A DNA stretch of 64,000 nucleotides, taken from NCBI GenBank assembly GCA_038322625.1, contig JBBQGA010000015.1:60339-124338 (forward strand). The letters are read 5' to 3'. Numbering within the stretch: position 1 is the stretch's first letter; the number at the start of each line of letters is the position of its first letter. This DNA is from Chloroflexia bacterium. Lineage in GTDB: Bacteria; Chloroflexota; Chloroflexia; Chloroheliales; Chloroheliaceae. The notes beneath the pieces were generated by a model. The model searched no databases and was not told where the DNA came from. It saw nothing but the letters and a program-made list of their open reading frames with translations. This document shows positions 55,070 to 63,280 of the stretch, piece by piece. The translations under genes and the position numbers were made by a program.

Positions 55070-56242
55070 ATGCATCAAGAATTTAGTTGGGTTGTAAGAG
55101 AAAACCAAAAATGGCCTCCACAAAAACGGCCCGATGCGCCTTATGGTGTTACTACTTTGCACACCCTCAAATCTTGTTCTCTAAAAGCGTGTTTTGAAGC
55201 TTCCAGCGGTAATTATACGCGAAGAAAGTCTTTTCCGGCCAGAATAGGCTTGGCCTATCATCGAACTATGCAGTATATTTCTGAAAACATAAGGTCGATG
55301 CAATCCCCTGAGAAAGCAGCTGAACTGGCAATTAGCTATTTTGAACAAGAATTGGATCGTGAAAGAGCGGGCAAAGCTTCAAACCCGCGAGAGTGTCGTT
55401 TACTGGAAGATGAAAACCGGGTGGAAATGGCTGTATTAGCGATAATTGCAGAAGCACAGAATGCAGTTGAGACTTCCGGTGCAACTGAATTAAGGGATGT
55501 CAACTTTCCAGCTCAGAACCGGGAATGGTCGCCCGTTCGTGTTGATCATTCAAAGTCAGGTCTGGTAGAGCCGGAAGTACCAGTAGCCTCTCAGGATGAA
55601 CTTATAATTGGGCGGATTGACCGAGCTGAACATAGTGTCAACGGAGTACGTTTAATCGATTTTAAATTGGGCTTAAGCGATGATGTACCTGAACAATACC
55701 AACGGCAATTACAACTTTATGCCTATTTATGGCAGCAGAGTCGGGGGGAATGGCCTTTTGAAGCTAGTTTAATTTACTCCTTAACCGGTAAAGAACATTC
55801 TGTTCAAATTACCCCTGAAATATGTCTGGCAGTCGCGCGAGATTATCGAAAAGTAATCGCCAGAATTGAAAAAGAAACCCGATTTGAAAAACTAGCCAAG
55901 CCAGGTGAAGTATGCAAATTTTGTGAATTTAGACCATGGTGCAAGCCCTTCTGGAGTTGGCAAGCAAGTGAAACCGACGATAAAACCATGCTTGAACGGG
56001 CTTTCTGGGGATTCGAAGGCAAAGTCAATAGTATAATATTGCTAAATGGATACTGGAAGGTTGAACTACAATGGCACGATTTAGTAGTTAGCTTAACCGT
56101 TCATGAAGAACGATTTCCTCAATTACACCACGCCCAGTCAGGCTCATTGTTGAGGTTGTTAGAAATAAGATTACATGGCAACCCGTTCCGACCCAATGGA
56201 CAAGTCAGGGAATCAAGTGAAATCTTCATTGTGGAAGAATAA
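55070..56242 (+). CDS. Cas4/AddB-like PD-(D/E)xK nuclease with Fe-S cluster cysteines
   Basis: GRIDRAE ... LIDFKLG (D...DxK), QLQLYAYLW (QxxxY), and CKFCEFRPWC (CX2CX5C) plus N-terminal Cys (LKSCSLKAC). ATG at 55070 lies 4 nt after AGGAG. Confidence 0.75.
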   Translation: MHQEFSWVVRENQKWPPQKRPDAPYGVTTLHTLKSCSLKACFEASSGNYTRRKSFPARIGLAYHRTMQYISENIRSMQSPEKAAELAISYFEQELDRERAGKASNPRECRLLEDENRVEMAVLAIIAEAQNAVETSGATELRDVNFPAQNREWSPVRVDHSKSGLVEPEVPVASQDELIIGRIDRAEHSVNGVRLIDFKLGLSDDVPEQYQRQLQLYAYLWQQSRGEWPFEASLIYSLTGKEHSVQITPEICLAVARDYRKVIARIEKETRFEKLAKPGEVCKFCEFRPWCKPFWSWQASETDDKTMLERAFWGFEGKVNSIILLNGYWKVELQWHDLVVSLTVHEERFPQLHHAQSGSLLRLLEIRLHGNPFRPNGQVRESSEIFIVEE

Positions 56243-56245
56243 ATA

Positions 56246-59200
56246 ATGACACAACAAATAACCAAACCTCATGTCAGTGTCGGTGGGTTTGTAATCGGAA
56301 TGTACGTCCGGGCGGCTACTGACTATCCTGCTTCCCAAAGTTTTAATTATCGGATTGTTCGAATAGCTCAGCTTAATCCTGCCGCAAATCGAGCCAGAGT
56401 TACTTTTTACCAGCCGGATAAACCTGCTCAGGATCGAAAATATCCACTTGATGCTTTGACCCGCTGCGAGGTTTTACCCGATACTTCAATTATTATGATT
56501 CCCAACCGGGAAAGAGGTCGGGTTTTGCTGGCAGTTCAAGATGGTTGGCAAACCAACCTGCCAAAACAATATTATGTTCAACTTAAGGGCAGTCCTGAAA
56601 TACAAATAGCTAGTGAAACAGAATTTGAGATAGAGAGCCACCGGCAGAATCCTTCCCCCATGGATCAGTTGAAACAATTAGAATTTTATGACCCTCGTTT
56701 AAAAAACGCCCGTGACCAGGTGGTGGAAATGTACTATCCCCTACGTAATTCAACACCTGGGCTAGATGATTTAGTTGGCTCCAGAGTTATGCTGCTTCCT
56801 CACCAGGCTTCAGTTGTTACAAAGGTTGTGAACGATCCACGATGTCGTTATTTATTGGCCGATGAAGTAGGTTTAGGTAAGACGATTGAAGCCTGTGTCA
56901 TACTTAAAAGCTTGTTACGCCACAACCCCACTATGCGTGTTCTTGTGGTTGCTCCACTTTCACTGGTGCAACAATGGTATCATGAACTGAACACCCGGTT
57001 CTGGTTGGACTTTAAAATTGTCGGCACTATTCAGGAAGCCAGAACTCGACTTCCTCAATATAACCTATTTATTGTTGGCATCGAAGACTTAGACGAGGAA
57101 ATGGGGATTTGGTCTAAGATTGGTTTCCAAAAATGGGACATGATAATTGCAGACGAAGTACACCAATTAGGTAAAGCGGATTTGCTCTACGGACGCATTC
57201 AAATGTTAAGCCGAGATGCGCGACGACTGCTGTTAATTTCAGCCACACCTATACAGCATTATGCTGCTGAATATCTCAAACTGATGGCCTTACTTGATCC
57301 CGAACGCTATGATCATGAAAATCTGGAAAGTTTTAAAGTTACTTTATCTTTACAAGAAAATGTAAGGCCAGCTTTAAATAAGCTTGACCGCTTGATTCAT
57401 GCAGAGGAAATTGACTCAGAAGAGGCTGAAGAAGAAATAGAAAAAGTTAGGAAGCTTTTTCCGAATGACCTAAAATTGAAAAATTTACTCAACGCTATTT
57501 TGAGGCAACTTAGCAACTCAGCCAGTGCTAGTTCGGCGGCTAATGAGGCTTGGGCCTACCTTACTGAAAACTACCGGATGGAAACCCGAGTTATTCGGAA
57601 CCGGCGTAAGCGGGTTGAGGGTATGATTACTCTGCCACAGCGGCAGTTAGAAACGACTTACTGCTATAACCCCGGCGAGCGCGAAACGTTAGTATTGCAG
57701 TATTTGCACGAATACATTGACTTTTATTTGTCCGAAACAGGCGAAGATGTTTTCTGCCTGGAATATACTCGCTTGCTTCTTTATGCGGCTTTCAGCAGCC
57801 CTCATGCCCTTCTAGATTTATTAGAAAAGCGGTTGAAGGCTGCCCGTTTATCGGCAATTTTACCGCGTGTGCGGATGACTAACCGTCTGATTCCGGCCCA
57901 GCCGCGAAAAGAGCAAGAGCGGGTGGAGTATATAGTCAAACTTGCGACCCCACTACCACAGGAACCTGAAAAGCTCGAAAAACTTTGTTCACAAGTACAG
58001 CGTTGGAAAACTGAAACTGAGGAAGCCTTACAAGCTGTGTGCGCTCGACCAGCCCTGCTTGCCTTACCCAGTTGCCACCGGCTGGTGCAGATATTGCGGA
58101 TACTCTATAAAGAACCTACGGCCCGCTCGCTCCTATTTTGTGGTTGGCGTGAAACTCTTAATATTTTAATTCCTTATCTAAATCAACTTTTCCGGGGGGA
58201 AATCGCCGAATTTAGTTGCCGAGTTAACGAAAACGTATTGCAGGATCAAGCTAACCGCTTTCAGCGTGGGAACTGCCACATTCTGGTCTGCGATGAGCTG
58301 GGAGGTGAAGGCCGTAATTTTCAAATTGCCGATCAAATTATCCACCTTGACCTTCCATGGACACCTGCTCAGATTGAGCAACGGATTGGAAGAGTAGACA
58401 GAATTGGTCGAAAGGGCCAGGTGCTTTCAATTGTACCGTTCGCCGTGGATTTTGCCGAGCACGATTTATTCCGGATTTGGAACGAGGCTTTCAATTTATT
58501 TACCCGATCTATGAGTGGTATGGAAATCGCCCTTGAAAAAGTCCAACTTCGGCTTGTAAAAGCTTTGTTATCTCCCGAGGGTTCTCAGTATGGCCTCAAA
58601 GAATCTCTGAAACCGTTTGTGAAAGAGGCTGAAGACATAAGCAATAAGATTGAAAGGGAGCGTTACCAGGAAGAAGATACCGATAAACGGTTGCATCGCG
58701 AATTCCAGAATGTTATTCGCCGGTATGAAGACGGTGCTCTTTTGCGGAATGCTTTATTGGGTTGGATTAAAGTTGCTTCTTTACCGGGCAGTTATAACGC
58801 GGCTACGGATACTGTGCGGGTTAAAATTGACCAGTTCAGTACCGAGACATTGGCACAATACCGTTTTTATAATTTGGCTGAAGTGCGGGAGACACTCCGT
58901 CGGGCTGAGCGACTCCAGGGTAAAAACAACGAATTTGAAGGTACGTTTAACCGGCAGCGGGCGGTCCAGCGTGAAGATTTAGTCTTTTTTGTGCCTGGTA
59001 GCGATCCCTGGACTGAAAAGATTATTGCACACGCCCTCGAGGCTGACCGAGGACGCTGCACAGGTATTTTACGGGCAAAAACTAAACTTGGCAAAGATTA
59101 TCATATCTTTGAGTTTCTCTATACTATTATGGTGGATCCCCGTCCGCTCTATGCTCTGGGTTATGATTCCGGGCAGCTTTCATTGGCCACCGGTTATATT

Positions 59201-59653
59201 CCTCTCGCTACAAAACGTTTACTAATAACACATAGTGGGCAGAATGTTCCAGAAGGTCACGCTGTTTGGGAGACCATTATCGGACGGCCCTTTGATCCTT
59301 CAAATGGAGATAAACGTTTCCGTGATCCAAAAGAGCCACAATATTTCGATTTATTAAAGAAAATTTACTCTGCTGAAAAATGGGAAGTGACTCTGGACCG
59401 GGTGAAACAGACAGCCCAACAAAAGCTCGAATCCCAACTAGTTAATCAACCGCACGTTTTGCAACCTGCTCGAATTGAACTTGAACAGCGTGCATTTGGA
59501 CAAAGAACTCTTCGCAAGAATTTGGGTGCATCTAATCTTGAGTCCGATTTGCACAATCAGTTTATTACAAACGCTTTAATTGAAGGTTTGGAAAAGCCCC
59601 TATTCCAGTTAGAGTCGATTTGTTTTTGGATTTTGGCCGGGAAAAATAAATGA
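56246..59653 (+). CDS. SNF2-family (RapA/HepA- or DrmD-like) ATPase, 1135 aa
   Basis: LLADEVGLGKTIEA, IIADEVHQLG, LLISATPIQH and CDELGGEGRNFQ...HLDLPWTPAQIEQRIGRVDRIGRKG. The start lies 4 nt after the previous stop. Confidence 0.85.
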   Translation: MTQQITKPHVSVGGFVIGMYVRAATDYPASQSFNYRIVRIAQLNPAANRARVTFYQPDKPAQDRKYPLDALTRCEVLPDTSIIMIPNRERGRVLLAVQDGWQTNLPKQYYVQLKGSPEIQIASETEFEIESHRQNPSPMDQLKQLEFYDPRLKNARDQVVEMYYPLRNSTPGLDDLVGSRVMLLPHQASVVTKVVNDPRCRYLLADEVGLGKTIEACVILKSLLRHNPTMRVLVVAPLSLVQQWYHELNTRFWLDFKIVGTIQEARTRLPQYNLFIVGIEDLDEEMGIWSKIGFQKWDMIIADEVHQLGKADLLYGRIQMLSRDARRLLLISATPIQHYAAEYLKLMALLDPERYDHENLESFKVTLSLQENVRPALNKLDRLIHAEEIDSEEAEEEIEKVRKLFPNDLKLKNLLNAILRQLSNSASASSAANEAWAYLTENYRMETRVIRNRRKRVEGMITLPQRQLETTYCYNPGERETLVLQYLHEYIDFYLSETGEDVFCLEYTRLLLYAAFSSPHALLDLLEKRLKAARLSAILPRVRMTNRLIPAQPRKEQERVEYIVKLATPLPQEPEKLEKLCSQVQRWKTETEEALQAVCARPALLALPSCHRLVQILRILYKEPTARSLLFCGWRETLNILIPYLNQLFRGEIAEFSCRVNENVLQDQANRFQRGNCHILVCDELGGEGRNFQIADQIIHLDLPWTPAQIEQRIGRVDRIGRKGQVLSIVPFAVDFAEHDLFRIWNEAFNLFTRSMSGMEIALEKVQLRLVKALLSPEGSQYGLKESLKPFVKEAEDISNKIERERYQEEDTDKRLHREFQNVIRRYEDGALLRNALLGWIKVASLPGSYNAATDTVRVKIDQFSTETLAQYRFYNLAEVRETLRRAERLQGKNNEFEGTFNRQRAVQREDLVFFVPGSDPWTEKIIAHALEADRGRCTGILRAKTKLGKDYHIFEFLYTIMVDPRPLYALGYDSGQLSLATGYIPLATKRLLITHSGQNVPEGHAVWETIIGRPFDPSNGDKRFRDPKEPQYFDLLKKIYSAEKWEVTLDRVKQTAQQKLESQLVNQPHVLQPARIELEQRAFGQRTLRKNLGASNLESDLHNQFITNALIEGLEKPLFQLESICFWILAGKNK

Positions 59654-61545
59654 TTGAATTATTCGATCAACTTGAAGTAATTTTATCTGCTCCAAATCCC
59701 AATTTTGATAATTTTACTCATAATCTGATTACTGTGCAACCAGAACTGTCGCCGTGGGAGCTCGCCAGGAGCAATGTTTTACTTCGTCTTGTCGCTGTGT
59801 TGCAAAATTATGAGGCTGGACAGACAAGCTTGGTGGATCTTGCCGTATTGCTCCGTCAGGCTTTACGGATCTATCACCGCCGTTTAATAATTACCCACCG
59901 ACTATGGGAGGCTCTAAGTCCAATTGCTTCCAAATTTGGACTTCAGGCTACTAGGGATGCTGAAAGTGGAGGTACACTCCTCAGTGCCGAACCCTGGAAA
60001 CCTTACTGGTTAGCCGCTACCATAGCCATTGACCGGCTTGAAATGCGCCGAAACGATCCGCTTGTGATAGGCGATGGTTTGCTTTACGCCACGAGTCAAA
60101 CATTAACGTATAAATCAGAGGCGCAAAAATCGGCGGTGCAAGCTTGCCTTTTCGGCTCTCCCGGTTCTACAACTTTAGTCACCTTACCCACCGGGGCAGG
60201 AAAAAGTATGTGTATTTTGTTACCGGCATGGCAAGCTTCGCAGGGCGGTGTGATAAAAGGTGGGACCACACTGGTGGTCGTGCCTACCGTGTCTTTGGCA
60301 CTCGATCAAATGGAACGGGCTAAAACCTATTTTGGTTCTGCCAAAAATGAGGCTTATGAACCGCACGCCCTGGTGGGTGGGACGTCAGAGGAAGAGAAAG
60401 AAATTATTTTTCGAGGTCTGTTAAACGGAACATTGCCGGTTCTATACACTTCCCCGGAAAGTTTGCTCAACTCCCGTCTTTATACAACATGTCTAATTGC
60501 TGCTGAAAATGGCCTTATCAACCGGCTTGTGATTGATGAAGCGCACATAGTAGAAACATGGGGAGCCGGTTTCCGAACCGAGTTCCAATTACTGGGAGCT
60601 TACCAGAAACTTTTGCTTGAAAAAAGTCAGGGCCAATTGCGAACTGTTTTATTATCTGCTACCGTATCTGAAAAGTGTGATAGCCTCTTGGAACTGCTTT
60701 TTGCGCCCGCTACCGGCCTAAACCGTGTTCAATCCAACCGCTTGCGGCCAGAACCTTCTTATTGGTTTAGTTATTGTAAACGAGAGGAGGAACGTCAGCG
60801 AAGAGTATTGGAAGCTTTTTACTACCTTCCGCGTCCAATAATTCTGTATGTTACTCAACCTGAAAAGGCTAATGAATGGTCGGAAAGGTTGAGTAAATCC
60901 GGTTTCAATCGCCTGGCTACCTATACCGGTGAGACCAATGATACTGACCGCCGGGCGATACTCGAAAAATGGCAAGCAAACCAGCTTGATATAATCGTGG
61001 CAACCTCGGCTTTTGGACTTGGGGTGGATAAAGGAGATATACGAACCATTATCCATGCCTGTTTGCCAGAGAATCTGGGCCGGTTTTACCAGGAGATTGG
61101 GCGTGGTGGGCGGGATGGTTGTAGTTCGATTAGCCTGACTTGCGTTACCTACGATGACAGAAATTTAGCTTTCACGATGACTCGCACGAGCGTCATTACT
61201 CCTGACCGGGCCGCAGACCGTTGGAAATCGCTCTGGAAGAACAGGCAGGGCGAAGGTAAATTATGGTCAGTGGATATAAACAACACGCCAAAAGATCTGG
61301 TTAAGCGGGGCCAATTGCCGCCCAGCGAAGCCAACCGGGAGTGGAATGAGCATATCTTGCTACTTATGCAGCGAGCCGGAATTATACGTATACTCGACTC
61401 AAAGGATAAAAACCTTCAGACTTATGCCAACCGGCTCAAACCGGGCGTAGAAGAATCACTGTGGCTGCCTTTGGAATTACTTAAGCCTGAAATCCTGAAT
61501 GATCGTATGGCTTTCAAAAATTTAATTACACCTTTACGAGAATAG
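59650..61545 (+). CDS. RecQ-like SF2 helicase (N-terminal 631 aa, ends at an in-frame TAG)
   Basis: LPTGAGKSMCILLPA, VIDEAHIVETWGAGFRTEF, LLSATVSE, VATSAFGLGVDKGDIRTIIH and YQEIGRGGRDG. ATGA overlap with the previous gene. Confidence 0.8.
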   Translation: MIELFDQLEVILSAPNPNFDNFTHNLITVQPELSPWELARSNVLLRLVAVLQNYEAGQTSLVDLAVLLRQALRIYHRRLIITHRLWEALSPIASKFGLQATRDAESGGTLLSAEPWKPYWLAATIAIDRLEMRRNDPLVIGDGLLYATSQTLTYKSEAQKSAVQACLFGSPGSTTLVTLPTGAGKSMCILLPAWQASQGGVIKGGTTLVVVPTVSLALDQMERAKTYFGSAKNEAYEPHALVGGTSEEEKEIIFRGLLNGTLPVLYTSPESLLNSRLYTTCLIAAENGLINRLVIDEAHIVETWGAGFRTEFQLLGAYQKLLLEKSQGQLRTVLLSATVSEKCDSLLELLFAPATGLNRVQSNRLRPEPSYWFSYCKREEERQRRVLEAFYYLPRPIILYVTQPEKANEWSERLSKSGFNRLATYTGETNDTDRRAILEKWQANQLDIIVATSAFGLGVDKGDIRTIIHACLPENLGRFYQEIGRGGRDGCSSISLTCVTYDDRNLAFTMTRTSVITPDRAADRWKSLWKNRQGEGKLWSVDINNTPKDLVKRGQLPPSEANREWNEHILLLMQRAGIIRILDSKDKNLQTYANRLKPGVEESLWLPLELLKPEILNDRMAFKNLITPLRE

Positions 61546-61578
61546 GAAAGAACTAGAATCGAGCAAGCTCTCGACAAA

Positions 61579-62259
61579 ATGCGGACTTTAATAAGTAACT
61601 ATTCCAGTCGCGAGATTGACCGTTGCATAGCATATCCGTTAGGGAAACTTTACCCGGCTTGTGCTCTGGCATGTGGAGGCTGTCCGGCTTGCCGGAACCA
61701 GGGCCGCCCCGCCTATTGTGAGAAATACCAGCTAGAAATTCAGATGACTCCGATGCCTACCTCTTATACTCTTCGAGGGGAACTTGCTGCCCGTCTGGCC
61801 CACAACACCACGCTTAACCTTTATTGGGAGGGTCAGCATGAACTGAACAAAATACAAGACTTAGAAGATTTCTTGGTCAACCTGGTAAATTCAGGGTTTC
61901 GGCAGCTTATTTTGCCGCATACGCTACTGAATGACTCGGTCTGGGCGGCGACCCTAGTGAAGAAGTTGTCTTATCTTGAACAACCAGTTCCACATTTAAT
62001 CGTAGGTGAAGATTGGCCGGGCCGTCTGCCACTTTATCCGGTTCCAACGGCCTTGATCTATCCTTCAGAAAACGCCGAGGCCGATAGTCTTTTCCGGAGT
62101 TGGAAGGTAGCCCGCCGGAACTGGCCCGCCCTGCCGACGATAAATGTTATTAACCGCAATCTTTACCTGGAAAGTGAACACGGCTATTTTACTGACCGGG
62201 TAGAGGGCAGTGTCGAAAAGCTGGACCAGTTGCAGATTGACCTGGCCCTCGATTATTAG
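61579..62259 (+). CDS. 226-aa Cys-rich protein in the same frame as the RecQ-like gene; probably its detached C-terminal part
   Basis: Same reading frame as 59650..61545, separated by only one TAG and 11 sense codons. No SD precedes the ATG. CALACGGCPACRNQG resembles a RecQ-type zinc motif. Confidence 0.55.
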   Translation: MRTLISNYSSREIDRCIAYPLGKLYPACALACGGCPACRNQGRPAYCEKYQLEIQMTPMPTSYTLRGELAARLAHNTTLNLYWEGQHELNKIQDLEDFLVNLVNSGFRQLILPHTLLNDSVWAATLVKKLSYLEQPVPHLIVGEDWPGRLPLYPVPTALIYPSENAEADSLFRSWKVARRNWPALPTINVINRNLYLESEHGYFTDRVEGSVEKLDQLQIDLALDY

Positions 62260-62278
62260 GTATTAGGAGAACTGAAGC

Positions 62279-63154
62279 ATGGCTTACGAAATCTTGGACA
62301 AAGACACAGTGACCCCTCACCGTTTGTATGCGTTGGTCCGGTTGGTGCCTCGCTTGGATGCACCAAAGCGCAAAGATATTATGGATTTATTGCAGCCATC
62401 CGAACTTGGCCTAAACCAGGATACCGCTTCAGATGTTTATTTAGCTGCCAAACATTGTAATTTATTCAACGAAGGTACGGATGGAGTTATGACACTTACA
62501 GTACCTACGAACCAATTTGATACCATAGAAGCCTTCCGTAATTTACTATGCAAATTATTACTTGGGATAAAAGAAGAGGGATATAATAACTATAATTTAA
62601 ATCTGTTTACAGCATGGTATTGTATTCAGGATAACAAAGTATTCAGTCAATTTGAGACCGGTTTTGACTATGCGGCTGCATTTAATTCTCAACTTTTACC
62701 AAACTTAAACATCCCCAAGTTTGAACAACGGAAGATTAATGCCTGGAGAGAATGGGCCGCATTTCTAGGGTTTGGCTGGCTGTTGCGTTCCGGTTCCAGA
62801 AATAGCCGGTCTATTCTTGTACCGGATGCATACGTGCGGCTTGAGGCGGTATTGGATGAGTTACTTGTTCGCGGGCCCGCGGTAAAGTTTGGCGAATTTA
62901 TCGAGCGACTGGGCCAACGCTGCCCTGAATTGGATGGGGGAAGTTTGTTTGAATATTGCTGGAAAGTCTGCAATCCGGGAGAGCGTAGGTCTAACACGCT
63001 GAGCCTTATGCTCTCTAACGCCCTCTACCAGCTACACGCCGAGAAGAAAATCGTTTTACAACGGAGCGGTGACGCATTGGATAACTGGCAGCTTTTCCCG
63101 GCAGCCGGTCAGTCCATGGGACAGGTTTCCCATATATCCCGAGGAGAGAACTAA
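62279..63154 (+). CDS. hypothetical protein (291 aa), last large gene of the operon
   Basis: ATG lies 8 nt after AGGAG. No motif recognised. Confidence 0.6.
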   Translation: MAYEILDKDTVTPHRLYALVRLVPRLDAPKRKDIMDLLQPSELGLNQDTASDVYLAAKHCNLFNEGTDGVMTLTVPTNQFDTIEAFRNLLCKLLLGIKEEGYNNYNLNLFTAWYCIQDNKVFSQFETGFDYAAAFNSQLLPNLNIPKFEQRKINAWREWAAFLGFGWLLRSGSRNSRSILVPDAYVRLEAVLDELLVRGPAVKFGEFIERLGQRCPELDGGSLFEYCWKVCNPGERRSNTLSLMLSNALYQLHAEKKIVLQRSGDALDNWQLFPAAGQSMGQVSHISRGEN

Positions 63155-63252
63155 TGGCGGCTACTTTTGAAGCTTTCCAGTGCTGGAAGGACGAACGTGT
63201 TTACCAAGTCGTAAATACGGTAATTCGGTACGATGGGATACGGTGTTTTTAA
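63154..63252 (+). CDS. possible 32-aa coupled mini-ORF (MAATFEAFQCWKDERVYQVVNTVIRYDGIRCF)
   Basis: TAATG stop/start overlap with the previous gene. There is no independent support, and it could be a remnant of a truncated gene. Confidence 0.2.
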   Translation: MAATFEAFQCWKDERVYQVVNTVIRYDGIRCF

Positions 63253-63280
63253 GAGAAGCGGGTCTTTTTAAACCAGGCAG

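Noticed and set aside
49599-63252. Calling the operon canonical DISARM or Druantia.
   Set aside because: The helicase+DUF1998 core fits both families. However, no methyltransferase (DrmMI/MII, DruM), no PLD nuclease (DrmC) and nothing I can match to the Druantia accessory genes (DruA-D, F-H) is visible in or next to the operon. Cas4-like and RecQ-like genes are present instead. Only a family-level resemblance is claimed.
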